From the NCBI GenBank assembly GCA_017656145.1, contig JACDOI010000004.1:17850-81849 (forward strand): 64,000 bases of DNA, given 5' to 3'. This DNA is from Bacillota bacterium. GTDB lineage: Bacteria > Bacillota > Limnochordia > Limnochordales > ZCTH02-B6. Shown piece after piece: positions 45,992 to 56,464 of this stretch; positions within the stretch are counted from its first letter, which is position 1, and every line of letters begins with the position of its first letter. A model generated the notes under the pieces. The model had not been told where the DNA came from. It made no database searches and was given only the letters and a program-made list of their open reading frames with translations. A program made the position numbers and the translations under genes.

Positions 45992-46867
45992 TTGTCTAGA
46001 CCGACCATAAGTGTCTATATGACTGTCAAAAACGGAGGGTACGGTGGGGCGCCATGGCTAGCATTCGCAATCAATAGCATTCGGCAACAGTCTTGTTCAG
46101 ACTGGGAATTTATAATTGTAGACGATGGCTCGACTGACAATACGGTAGAACTGATCCGGCGACTGTCTGGTGGTGATGCACGAATTCGTGTAATCCAAAC
46201 AGATGGAGTGGGTCGTGGGAAAGCGCTCAACATTGCGCTTTCAGAGTGTAGGGGAGAATATGTTGCTAATGTGGATGCGGACGATGTGGCGCATCCAAAA
46301 CGGTTGGAAACAGAAGCGGCGGTCTTGAGTAAAGATAATCGGTTTGATGTGGTTTGTTCTCAGTGTTTGGTTGTGCTTGAAGACGAGGCTGTTTCATGGT
46401 CTTCGGTCCCGCAAAATCACGAAATAAATGTTGAAGATGTGACTTGTTTGTTGTGTGTGAAAAATCCTGTGAGTCATTCATCTGTCATGATGAAACGGCG
46501 AGCGGTAATCTCGGTGGGGGGTTACGACGAATCGAGGCAATCTCATTTCGACTGGGATCTATGGGTAAGGCTTGCGGCTGCAGGTTATAGAATAGGTCGC
46601 ATCGATCAAGTGCTTGCAGCTAAACGACTCCATGGTAAACAATCATTCGAAGTTGGCCGACGCCTCAGATATGTTCTCGAAGGACAACGTGTGAGAATGC
46701 GGGCTGGGGAAATATTGGGTTGCGAGAGGCAGGCGTTGATGCAGTTTCTAATTAGGCTTCCGTGGGATCTCGCTCCGAATTACGTCCGTGTTCTTGTGAG
46801 ACGAGTGTTGCGAAAGAGGAATGGTCATGCTTCGAACCAACAAAATCAGCAAGGCCGTCGTCTATGA
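45992..46867 (+). CDS. Glycosyltransferase family 2
   Basis: Motifs IVDDGSTDNT, VDADDVAHPKRLE, and a DxD-containing GT-A N-domain. Confidence 0.8.
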   Translation: MSRPTISVYMTVKNGGYGGAPWLAFAINSIRQQSCSDWEFIIVDDGSTDNTVELIRRLSGGDARIRVIQTDGVGRGKALNIALSECRGEYVANVDADDVAHPKRLETEAAVLSKDNRFDVVCSQCLVVLEDEAVSWSSVPQNHEINVEDVTCLLCVKNPVSHSSVMMKRRAVISVGGYDESRQSHFDWDLWVRLAAAGYRIGRIDQVLAAKRLHGKQSFEVGRRLRYVLEGQRVRMRAGEILGCERQALMQFLIRLPWDLAPNYVRVLVRRVLRKRNGHASNQQNQQGRRL

Positions 46868-46892
46868 TGTGTGAAAGAGAGGAAAAGAAGCT

Positions 46893-47828
46893 GTGGAGTC
46901 AACTCCCCTTGTGTCGGTGGTTATTCCCGCTTTTAACGCTGAGAGTACGATTCGCAATGCGATTGCGTCTGTCCTGAGTCAAACGTATCAGCACACCGAA
47001 ATTCTTGTGGTGGACGACGGTTCGTCGGATGGCACAAGTGCTGTAGTGAATGAATTCGCCGACGAGCGCATTAGGTTGCTGAGGCATCCTTCGAATATGG
47101 GTCCAGGAGCGGCCCGTAATACGGGTATACAAGCGGCCAAGGGAGTCTGGATTGCCCTGTTGGATGCTGACGATGCCTGGCGTCAAGATAGGCTGGCAAA
47201 GTTTCTTGACGCGGCAGACGAGAGTGGAGGAGAATGTTTTCTTGCTGATGATATTCAGCTGTGTTTTGATACTGATATGGGACTGTCGCCATGGAAATCC
47301 GCGGACATTAGTAGAAAATTGACCAACTGGGTTGAATTAACGGACTTTCTGAACGCCGGGGCGCCAGCGCTGAAGCCGATGATTCCGGTACGGCATATCA
47401 AACGCCACGGACTGTGGTTTGAAACTGGTTGCCGAATGGGGGAAGATTTAGAGTTTGTGTGTCATTTGTTTCGTACGGGTTTGCGGTTGAAATTTGTCCG
47501 GGAGCCCATGTATTTGTATAGGCTCATGCCAGGTTCATTAAGTAGTAACCCCGAACGGTTGAGGGAGCTCTTGGCTGTTTACGATCGTTTGTTGGCTTCA
47601 AGTGGTTTCGGAGAGAAGGAACGCGCGCTCTTGGCAAGGCTTAGGAATGAGGTATTTCAGTCTCTTGGCTTTGAGCCTGTCCGTCATGCCCTGGTTCGCG
47701 GGTCGTATGGAGAGGCTGTTGGTCATCTTCTTAGGAAACCAAAGCTTTTTGGTGTCCTGCTGCGTCAGCTGCCAAAGGCATTCGATTATTGGCTCGCGGC
47801 ACGCCGGGTTGGTGGGGCGCTTCGCTAG
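46893..47828 (+). CDS. Glycosyltransferase family 2
   Basis: Motifs VSVVIPAFNAESTI, VVDDGSSDGT, ARNTGIQAAKGVWIALLDADD. Confidence 0.85.
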   Translation: MESTPLVSVVIPAFNAESTIRNAIASVLSQTYQHTEILVVDDGSSDGTSAVVNEFADERIRLLRHPSNMGPGAARNTGIQAAKGVWIALLDADDAWRQDRLAKFLDAADESGGECFLADDIQLCFDTDMGLSPWKSADISRKLTNWVELTDFLNAGAPALKPMIPVRHIKRHGLWFETGCRMGEDLEFVCHLFRTGLRLKFVREPMYLYRLMPGSLSSNPERLRELLAVYDRLLASSGFGEKERALLARLRNEVFQSLGFEPVRHALVRGSYGEAVGHLLRKPKLFGVLLRQLPKAFDYWLAARRVGGALR

Positions 47829-47991
47829 TATTTGGCCACGGAAGCTTGAGGAAAAGTTTTTGCGGCTAGGTTGTGCGTCTCTTGAAAAGTGGTGTGTTAC
47901 TGGCAGAACGGAATACCTTTACGAGTGGTGAGGTTCGGCACATCGGTGTGCCCGTATTGGTTGGACTAACGCTTTCTCGGTAGGGAGCGCA

Positions 47992-49209
47992 TCACCTGCT
48001 GTGGTCAGTCGTTATATACAGAGACTTTCGTGATCTGTGGGTGTCCCAGCCGTCATAGATTTTTGCGGCGGCCTTTTCGTGAGTTTTGGGATATTTTCTC
48101 TGTGATGAGTTTTCCAGGTTCCTGTGTGCGGCGAAGGGCTTTCTCCAGCAAAGGCACTCCCCGGTAGCCCTTGATTCGCCGCAACCCGTCTCCATCTCCA
48201 GCAGACCGGCCGCCGACCAATGCAGCACCTGTTCACTCTTTTGGACAGCGTTTGAGGTTTCGACAGTCCACACGCGCCTTGTCGAAGATCGACTCGATAG
48301 CATTCGTTGAACGCAGGGTTCAGGGTGCGCTTCAGGGTCGCCGGCAGCCCCAAACGGGTTAGCGTGACGGCCTCCTCAAGACCCTCGCGCAGAGTTCTCG
48401 CTCCACCAGGAGACTGCTTTTCCAGAGTGTCCGCCGAGCTCCGCAGGGCCATCAGGGTCTTATTGTAGTCCACCTCCACCCAGGCCTACTGCAGCTTGTT
48501 CCCAACCCAGGTGCGCCGTACGGCCGCCACAGTGCCTTGGCCCCGTCCAAAACGCCCAGGACGCCGGTGCCGCTTGTGAGCCCTTGTGTCCATCACATGC
48601 GAAAGCAGACCCCGCACAGCGGTGACGTTTTCCGTTACCCCCTCTCGTAGGCCACGATGCGCTTTTCCCTTTCGCCGGATACCACAACGGCGGGCTCGGT
48701 CATCTCAAGCCCATTAAACGTGAGGACCAGGATCCGCTGGTAGTCTGGGCGCGGGCTCAGGAGTTTCTCAAGCGACTGGCGGGTGGCCCGAATGAACTGT
48801 CGGCTGACCGCACTCTTGGAGGTGTCGCTGGTTGGCAGGTCCTGCCCCGCTGGCTCCAGCCCGTTGCGGTAGCGCCGGCTGGAGAGGCCGTGCAGCACGC
48901 TCTCCAGGGCACCATGGTCAGCAGGTGCTCGTCCTGAAAGTCTTCATAGCTCTGTAGCCACACCTCCGGGCCACCAGTGCTGCGTGCCTGCGAGCGCTTG
49001 ACGGGGACCCGACGCCCACCCAGAACCACGCTTCGGTCCTCCTGGCCGTGTCGAACGGCCCGCCCGTCCCCGGTGTATTTGCCCTTGGGACCGACGAGTG
49101 CGGTGACCTCTTCTTCCATCATGCGCTGCATCACCTGGAGCCCTACGCGATGGAGACAGCCACGAGACCTTCCTTTTGCCCCCACGATATCCTCAACGAT
49201 GACCTTCAT
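47992..49209 (-). mobile_element. IS256-family (mutator-type) transposase pseudogene with at least three frameshifts
   Basis: Consecutive minus-strand ORFs carry LQVMQRMMEEEVTALVGPKGKY..., GLSSRRYRNGLEP...SKSAVSRQF, and PGGARTLREGLEEAVTLTRLGLPATLKRTL. Confidence 0.75.
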
Positions 49210-49443
49210 ACGTTCCGACGACTGGAGGTCCTGTCCAACCTGAATTTGCTGTAGGCTCGTCTGCTGCTAGCGCTTGTCGTGGTAGGATTTCATTGGTGGC
49301 GATACCTCCTTACCCTTCTAACCCTCGTAATACCAAATGAGGGAGTGGAGGCGTCACGTTCAATTTCTGCCATTTATGGGACAATGCCGGGCGACGCGGG
49401 GGATAATAGCGTTTTCCGGGTGTTCGAGAAGGGTACATCTATC

Positions 49444-50619
49444 ATGAGAATCTGCTACATTATAACTCGCTCTGATACTATTGGGGGCGCACAAATCCAT
49501 GTGCGTGATCTAGCGATCGCGTTACGCAATCACGGGCATAAGGTGACAGTGCTGATAGGCCAAAACGGAGTATTTGCCCAGGAGTTGAGAACCCAAGGGA
49601 TCCCAGTAATATCTCTCCGATACTTGGTTCGTCCAATTCAGCCTTTTACAGATCTCAAGGCTGTTATGGAACTTGTGAAAACACTCGAGGTGCTCCGCCC
49701 GGACCTGGTTGCGGCTCATTCATCGAAAGCGGGATGGATCGCACGCTTGGCGGCCTACAAACTTGGCATCCCGTCAACGTTTACAGCTCACGGCTGGGCT
49801 TTCACTGAAGGTGTCCAGAGTCCGTTGCGGGGTCTATACATGCTTGCCGAGAATGTCGCAGCCCGAATAGGGGATCGCGTTATCACAGTATCTCAGTATG
49901 ATAGAGAGTTGGCTTTGAATTTAAAGGTCGTTCCGGATTCAAAAATTGTGGTTGTACACAACGGCATACCAGACATCCCTAGTTCACTTTTAGCACGCCC
50001 GTGTCACGATACAGCGCAGTTGGTGATGGTCGCTCGCATGGATGTCCCAAAGGATCATGCGCTGCTACTTCAGGCGCTGGCTTCGTTAAGAGACTGTCCG
50101 TGGCGGTTGAAGCTGATCGGTGATGGCCCCTTCCGTGAACACTACGAGCAGTTAGTGCATCGTTTGGGAATTGCCGAACGGGTAATGTTCCTCGGTACAC
50201 GCAAAGACGTTCCGGAGCATCTAGCTCAGGCGGATATATTTGTTCTTGCTTCAAAATGGGAAGGTCTACCACTGAGTATCTTGGAAGCGATGAGGGCCGG
50301 CTTGCCGGTCATAGCGTCCGATGTAGGTGGTGTCCGCGAAGCAGTTCGCGATGGCGAGACGGGATTCCTGATTCCTCGTTCTGATGTGAATATATTGAAG
50401 GCCCGGCTCTTGACGTTGTTACGAAATCCGGACTTACGCTTGCAGATGGGACAAGCAGGTCGAGAGGTATATGAGAAAAACTTTACGCTCGACATAATGA
50501 TTGATAAAACACTTAATATATATGAATCGGTTATTCGAGACCGAAGGAGACAACGCAGTCGCAAATCTTTGGTTCGGAAAAGTCGTGAGAGCAAACAGGG
50601 TAGGCGCTCTTTCCGCTGA
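49444..50619 (+). CDS. Glycosyltransferase family 4
   Basis: From MRICYIITRSDTIGGAQIHV, with the C-terminal motif ASKWEGLPLSILEAMRAGLPVIASDVGGVREAV. The tracked start at 49279 was rejected. Confidence 0.85.
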   Translation: MRICYIITRSDTIGGAQIHVRDLAIALRNHGHKVTVLIGQNGVFAQELRTQGIPVISLRYLVRPIQPFTDLKAVMELVKTLEVLRPDLVAAHSSKAGWIARLAAYKLGIPSTFTAHGWAFTEGVQSPLRGLYMLAENVAARIGDRVITVSQYDRELALNLKVVPDSKIVVVHNGIPDIPSSLLARPCHDTAQLVMVARMDVPKDHALLLQALASLRDCPWRLKLIGDGPFREHYEQLVHRLGIAERVMFLGTRKDVPEHLAQADIFVLASKWEGLPLSILEAMRAGLPVIASDVGGVREAVRDGETGFLIPRSDVNILKARLLTLLRNPDLRLQMGQAGREVYEKNFTLDIMIDKTLNIYESVIRDRRRQRSRKSLVRKSRESKQGRRSFR

Positions 50620-50886
50620 GGCTATGCTGAGACGTTTGGGGTTGTCATCGCTGGAGTATAATGGGGTATCCTCTGAGTTTGAAGAAGATTGGTGAAGGGG
50701 ATTCGCCACTATTGGTTAGAAGGCAATTTCTGGAGGTCGGAAATCCTTCCTCGACCGTCATCGTCGGGCATGCAGGCGACGTGGAGCTTGTCTTGGAGCC
50801 TGGTTTGCCCATTCAGCAACAGCAGTTCGCCCATCGAAATTGCCATCTTCGCCGAGAGCGTCGCTACACGGTTCGCGAATACCTGA

Positions 50887-51141
50887 ATGCGCCGGAGTGC
50901 CCTCAACCCAAGCCGAGAGGTACGTGAGGAAGCCTGTTGGAGCTGGGCCCCTTTCGCAAGCATCTCGAAGTGTCTGAAACAGGACTTGAATGCGGTCATG
51001 GCCGCGTTCACGTTCATGCTGCCCTGGAGCAATGGCCTGGTTGAAGGCCACACCAACCGGCTAAAGTTGTTGAACCGCTAGATGTATGGCCGAGGCGGCA
51101 TCGAGCTCTTGAGACGGCGGGTCTTGAAGCTACCTTGTTGA
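50887..51141 (+). mobile_element. ISL3-family transposase C-terminal remnant with in-frame TAG
   Basis: LPWSNGLVEGHTNRLKLLNR*MYGRGGIELLRRRVL matches the conserved ISL3 C-terminus. Confidence 0.65.
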
Positions 51142-51252
51142 TGCCATGGTAGAGAACTCCCAACCACGAGGGCCGTAGGATCACCTAAACTACGTGAGAC
51201 TCAATTTATTCCGGCGTCGACACAACGCGCCCCGTTCGACCTATTTTTGGCT

Positions 51253-52458
51253 TCAGGTCTGGGAGTCGCTCGCACTGGTCAAGTGCGAGGATGTTTGGTG
51301 TCTGTCCAGGATGCCGAGGAGCAAGGGGACCTGTGCTGTGATGAGATCATCAAACAAGACGTGAATCCAAAACGCGATAAGGACAAGAAAGATAGCCTTC
51401 TCATAAGCTTCCAACTCGCGGCGCAGGTTCCGGAACATCACCCACCCAATCCAGCCGAAAAAGATAAGAGAGCCTAGAAGGCCCCATCCTGACGCGAAGT
51501 ACAAGTACACGTTGTGCGGTGTACGAACTTGCTCATACTCTTCTGGGAGCCGATACCGGGGGTAAACCAACCCGAAATTGCCGGGGCCGACGCCAAACCA
51601 CAAATGGTCCTTCAGTAGTTTGAGGGAACCTTCCCAGATGCGGAGTCGCTGAATGTTGCGGGACAAATCAAGGATAGAAAGCAGCCTGTTGCTAGCCGTT
51701 GGACTGATCGCTGCTGCAAACAGAAGGCCAGCGGGTACCCAGACGACGTACTGCCAGTTGACCAACACCGCACCCATTAGGGCGGCTCCCCCGATGCCCA
51801 CGATAGCGCCGCGCGATAGAGTGACGATGACGGCGGCCAGTGACACCATACCAATGACGGCACCTTCAAACCGTTCTCGTGCTTGTCCGCCTAAGAGCAG
51901 CAGTGTTAACCCACCTACGGCGCCCACTTCCAAAACCACCGCAAGACCGTTGGCACCCTGGCCAATGACGTACCCTCGACCTCCGGGCCCAAAATGGTCG
52001 AGCAGCACCAATCCGCCCAGTGAGACCTCCAATTGAAGCAGACGCGCGATAACGACAACACACGCCAATAGTCCCGTAGCGCGCAACAGGTCGCGAAAGA
52101 ACTTCTCTGGCTCCTGAACAGACCAGCGACCGAGCGCATAGATCCAGATAAAGATAAACGGGACAAGCCAGTTGAGTGCCCCGCGGCCGAGATCGACCCC
52201 GATGAGTACGCTTATCCAGCCAAGAACGCCCAGTAGGCCCCAAACGTACATGTCGCTGTGTTGAGTTCGGATGCCCTGAATCACCTGTTTGCCTCGGGTT
52301 GAGAGAAGCACAACACTGAAGACAGCCGAAACGGGATGGAAGGGAAGAAGCCACGCAGCGACTCGGTCGGTCCAACTTGAACGAGGAGAAGCCATATTTG
52401 AGGAATGCAATTCAGCCATACCCCTGTTTCGATTGTGACGTTGTTGATACCATTTCAT
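51253..52458 (-). CDS. O-antigen ligase/polymerase family (Wzy_C domain) membrane protein
   Basis: Polytopic, with SRGAIVGIGGAALM...RLRIWEGSLKLLKDHLWFGVGPGNFG...PHNVYLYFASGWGLLG. Confidence 0.8.
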   Translation of the reverse strand: MKWYQQRHNRNRGMAELHSSNMASPRSSWTDRVAAWLLPFHPVSAVFSVVLLSTRGKQVIQGIRTQHSDMYVWGLLGVLGWISVLIGVDLGRGALNWLVPFIFIWIYALGRWSVQEPEKFFRDLLRATGLLACVVVIARLLQLEVSLGGLVLLDHFGPGGRGYVIGQGANGLAVVLEVGAVGGLTLLLLGGQARERFEGAVIGMVSLAAVIVTLSRGAIVGIGGAALMGAVLVNWQYVVWVPAGLLFAAAISPTASNRLLSILDLSRNIQRLRIWEGSLKLLKDHLWFGVGPGNFGLVYPRYRLPEEYEQVRTPHNVYLYFASGWGLLGSLIFFGWIGWVMFRNLRRELEAYEKAIFLVLIAFWIHVLFDDLITAQVPLLLGILDRHQTSSHLTSASDSQT

Positions 52459-52970
52459 CAGCCGGAAGAAGCTTCCTGCTGTGCAATTCAGCCCCCTAGG
52501 GTTGACAGTCCCAGTGTAGTATAAGCACTGTGGTGTTCACCAGAATTGCCATGGCTGTTGCTCTGGCTTGGTGCGGCCATGTAGTGGGTGTAGGAAATAA
52601 GACCCCCGGCCGTCCAATGGGTTTGCGTCACCCATCATAGGTAGGCCCAGCGAAAAGACGATCCCGTGCACCTGGACCGCCCCGGTAAAGGAACTCAATG
52701 TAGGAGTGGCTGCTAGAGCAAAGAGCTGTGCCGCCAGGCATCCCGTAGCTTCTCGGCTCGATGTCTCGCGTCTTAGACTTCGGCGACGAAACAAGCGAGA
52801 CCGCGGCATGTGGCCTGGAAGATAGGGGAAGCCACTCGGTGGAATTCTGTCTGTAACCAGCCCGCAGGTCAGCTGTGAGCAGTCCCGAACCCTAACGGAG
52901 TGGGCTCTTTTAGAGCGCTGGTCGTTTTTGCAAAGAGCACACCTCCATTCAACAAGGAGCACTCATCATC

Positions 52971-53990
52971 ATGACACAATGGGATTCGATGAACGATCGC
53001 CGCGTGCACGAATCAAAGACCTCCGGGACTGGCGTCGGCTCGCTCACTGTAGTCATGCCGGCGCGAAACCGGGCCCGGCTTATCGGGTCATGCCTCAAGA
53101 GCCTTCTGAACGCCACCATGGCCCTGAAACCCTTGGCGGTTACCGCCGAGATCGTTGTGGCCGATGACGCCTCGACCGACGAGACGGCCCAGGTAGTGGA
53201 ACGGATAGCTGAAAGCGCGACAATCCCCGTTCGCTGCATCCATCTGCCGAGCCGCCAGGGGCCTGGACGGGCGCGAAATGCCGCCATCGAAGCGGCGAGG
53301 GGCGAGTTAATTGTCTTCGTCGACAGTGATGTGGTTGTCGAGGAGAACTTCCTCGCGGCCCATGTGGCGGCTCACCAGGCAGAAGGTCCTAACATTTTCA
53401 CGGTCGGCAGGCTCATCTCCGTGCCTACTTTGGAGGTCGCTTTATCTCGACCCCAACCGACCGTCTGGGATTTCTCTAGCGCCACCCTGGACACGGCCAA
53501 CGCCGCCGTGCGAAAAGTTCATCTGGAGGCTGTTGGCGCTTTCGATAAGGGCTTTGAAGTGATGGGCTGGCAAGATATCGACCTCGGGCGCCGGCTGAAG
53601 CAGTTAGGTCTGACGCGGGTGGCGACGGATACTGCCGTTGGGTACCATATTCAACCGCCTATTGAGACTCGGCAGCAACTCATCGCCCGCATGAACAAAG
53701 AGCGGGAACGGGGTGTGTCGGCCGTTTACTTCATGAAAAAATATCCCGGACTCTCGGCCCGGCTTGCCGCCCAGGATACAGCATTTCACAAAGGGTTCAA
53801 CTGGATCTGCCGCCTGGGTGGGTTGATCCGAGAAGAGAACGTCCTCGCCTGGGTCGCTTGGGCGCGCCGGCGAGGGTATCGGGCTTTCGAGAAGATGTGG
53901 CTGGCAGGAGTCATCAATCAAGCGTACTTGGAAAGCCTTGCCGCCACCCGTCGCGCGTCCCGACAAAAAAGAGAAACCGGGCATCCGTGA
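52971..53990 (+). CDS. Glycosyltransferase family 2
   Basis: Motifs LTVVMPARNRA, VVADDASTDET, ARNAAIEAARGELIVFVDSDV. Confidence 0.8.
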   Translation: MTQWDSMNDRRVHESKTSGTGVGSLTVVMPARNRARLIGSCLKSLLNATMALKPLAVTAEIVVADDASTDETAQVVERIAESATIPVRCIHLPSRQGPGRARNAAIEAARGELIVFVDSDVVVEENFLAAHVAAHQAEGPNIFTVGRLISVPTLEVALSRPQPTVWDFSSATLDTANAAVRKVHLEAVGAFDKGFEVMGWQDIDLGRRLKQLGLTRVATDTAVGYHIQPPIETRQQLIARMNKERERGVSAVYFMKKYPGLSARLAAQDTAFHKGFNWICRLGGLIREENVLAWVAWARRRGYRAFEKMWLAGVINQAYLESLAATRRASRQKRETGHP

Positions 53991-53994
53991 GGAC

Positions 53995-54805
53995 AGCTTT
54001 GGGGGGAAAGGGCGCCGCTCGCCGCGGCTTGTTTCTGAGCAGCAGCCATGGCGAGGTCGCGGGTGGAGCTCAGATTGTCGCTTTGGTCCGCGCTCTCGAC
54101 GGGGAGCGCCTCCTTATGGAGGCTTTTCCAGTTGGTTGGACCAGGCAGAACGTCTCAAAGGGCCGGCATCAAGGTAGTGCGTCCCCGGGCAAAACCTCCC
54201 AGCGGGGGATTTGCATACCTCAGCTTGAAGCATGCCTTGATAGACGAGCTGGCCGGCGGTGCCCGGTTGGTCGCACGCCAGCTCCGCTTCCTCTTGCGGT
54301 ATCGTCCAACGTGGGATGCGGTGGTCGGTGTGGGCGATCGGGTCAGCTTGCACCTGAACCACCGGATCCTCAAAAAGTCATGATCTGGATTGCCATTGCC
54401 TACTCAGTACGCTTTGTTCCTGAAAGCGGCCGGTTTGGAAGTGTAAGCCATTGGCGCCCGTTGCTCGAACCAGACGAGGAGGCTTTTGTGCGGGATCCCG
54501 ATACTCAGGCCGCTTTGGAGGCAAGGGGATATCCTGTTTGCTACGTTGGGAATCCGATGCGGGATGGCTTAGACTGCCAACCCGATATCTGTCAACGGGT
54601 GGAGGCAGCGCTGAAAGCCACCGGCTGGGACGGTTTCTGCCCCGTAATCGTCCTTTTGCCTGGGAGTCGCAAGGATGCACTCCAATCCGGAGCGGTATCG
54701 GGCGATGTCGGAGACAGGCAAGTGCCTCATGGGTTCGCCCGGTGCCACAGAATTCATTGCGCGGTGGATCGTCGAACGATTTGCTTTTTAAAACGAATGG
54801 TTTGA
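53995..54805 (+). pseudogene. Lipid-A-disaccharide-synthase-related (LpxB-like GT-B) gene, frameshifted and truncated
   Basis: Three pieces lie in two frames. They are LFLSSSHGEVAGGAQIVALVRAL; then GGFAYLSLKHALIDELAGGARLVARQ...WDAVVGVGD; then GYPVCYVGNPMRDGL...VIVLLPGSRKDA. Confidence 0.45.
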
Positions 54806-55051
54806 TCCGGGACGTTCGAGGTTCCTCGCGTGTTCTAACACGCCGGAGGCTCCGCCCACACCGTTCTGTGGGCAGGAGCTCCTTCGCAACCGGCGAAGTT
54901 GTGCTGGGGCGTCAAGGAATTTATAGAGCGAACGGATTTGGCCGTACGGCGGCTGGCCTCGGTTGATGGGCGACGGCCGCCGTCAATGTTTGCTCGACAT
55001 CACAACCAGCTGCTACGGCCGTCAAGCCGTCGCGGCGCGAATCTATCGTAT

Positions 55052-56464
55052 ATGCGAAAGGCGATGATCATGCACCACACTGGGTCCATGAATGTGGTCG
55101 TCGTAGGCACGGGATACGTTGGGCTCACTACAGGCGTTGGGCTCGCCTACATCGGCCATCAAGTGATGGGCGTGGACAAGGACCCGCAAAAGCTTGAGAA
55201 ACTCCGGCGGTTTGAGAGCCCCATCCATGAGCCGGGCCTTGAAGAGTTGCTGCGACTTGTGCCCGATCGCCTTCGGTTCACAGACAATCTGGACGCGGTG
55301 GCTGACGCGGACTTGATCCTGATCGCCGTCGGCACGCCACCTAAGTCCAACGGCAACGCAAACACCCGCTACGTGGAGACCGCCGCCCGCGAGGTGGCTA
55401 AAGCGATGCGGCCTGGGGGCACGTATACGGTGGTCGTCAAGTCTACCGTACCTATCGGTTCGAACCGGCGGGTGGCCCACGTCATCGATCGAACGGTGCG
55501 GGAGCGGGGGATCAAGGCTACCGTCCATGTCGCTTCAAACCCCGAATTTTTGCGGGAAGGCACTGCCTTATACGACATGTTGTATCCCGATCGCATCGTG
55601 GTGGGGGCGGATGCACCCGAAGCGGTAGAAACGCTGCGCCGGCTTTACAGGCCCATTCTCGAGCAATCCTTTCCGATTCCGGAGTTTCTGCCCCGCCCCG
55701 AGAGCCGCCCGCTGCCGCCGTTCATCACGACGGATCCGATCAGTGCGGAGCTGATCAAGTACGCGGCCAATGCGTTTCTTGCACTGAAGATCAGCTTCAT
55801 CAACGAGATCGCCGGGTTGTGCGAGAAGGTAGGAGCCGACGTTCGGGATGTGGCCCGGGGGATCGGCACCGATTCGCGCATCGGTCCGCGCTTTTTGGCC
55901 GCCGGCCTTGGTTGGGGCGGCAGTTGCTTCCCTAAGGACACCGCGGCGTTGTCCGCTGTCGGCCAAGAGTACGGCTACGACATGCCGATTGTCGAGGCAG
56001 CCCGGATGGTGAACCAGCGGCAACGCCAGCGGCTCGTGGACAAGCTCCAGGAGCTCCTCAAAGGTGTTCGGGGACGCACGGTGGGCATTCTTGGCTTGGC
56101 GTTTAAGCCGGGAACCGATGATGTACGGGAAAGCCCTGCTTTGGAGCTTGTTCGCTTGCTTCTGGAACGGGATGCCCACGTTCGGGTTCACGATCCGGTG
56201 GCTTTGGCCAACGCACAAAACGCCCTGGCCGCGATGGTCGGGGTAGAGGATGTCTCTGAGGTCGAGTTTTGTCATGACCCTTACGAGATGGCCGTAGGAG
56301 CCGACGCCTTGGTGCTGGCGACCGAGTGGCCCGACTACCGGGAGCTTGAGTTCGACAAACTTGCCCGGGCTATGCGGAACCCAGTGCTCGTGGACGGTCG
56401 CAATTTCCTACCCGAAGAAGCGGTTCGGGCCGCGGGTTTCGTGTATCAGGGGGTGGGACGATGA
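55052..56464 (+). CDS. ugd: UDP-glucose 6-dehydrogenase
   Basis: Motifs [54 protein letters not shown]. Four candidate ATG starts lie between 55052 and 55088. The tracked start at 54899 was rejected. Confidence 0.85.
   Translation: MRKAMIMHHTGSMNVVVVGTGYVGLTTGVGLAYIGHQVMGVDKDPQKLEKLRRFESPIHEPGLEELLRLVPDRLRFTDNLDAVADADLILIAVGTPPKSNGNANTRYVETAAREVAKAMRPGGTYTVVVKSTVPIGSNRRVAHVIDRTVRERGIKATVHVASNPEFLREGTALYDMLYPDRIVVGADAPEAVETLRRLYRPILEQSFPIPEFLPRPESRPLPPFITTDPISAELIKYAANAFLALKISFINEIAGLCEKVGADVRDVARGIGTDSRIGPRFLAAGLGWGGSCFPKDTAALSAVGQEYGYDMPIVEAARMVNQRQRQRLVDKLQELLKGVRGRTVGILGLAFKPGTDDVRESPALELVRLLLERDAHVRVHDPVALANAQNALAAMVGVEDVSEVEFCHDPYEMAVGADALVLATEWPDYRELEFDKLARAMRNPVLVDGRNFLPEEAVRAAGFVYQGVGR

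Noticed and set aside
53858-54805. 315-aa ORF taken as an intact gene
   Set aside because: Its N-terminal third overlaps the end of the GT2 gene. Only parts of it match the LpxB-related pattern, and the missing middle block lies in another frame, so it is treated as a frameshifted pseudogene.
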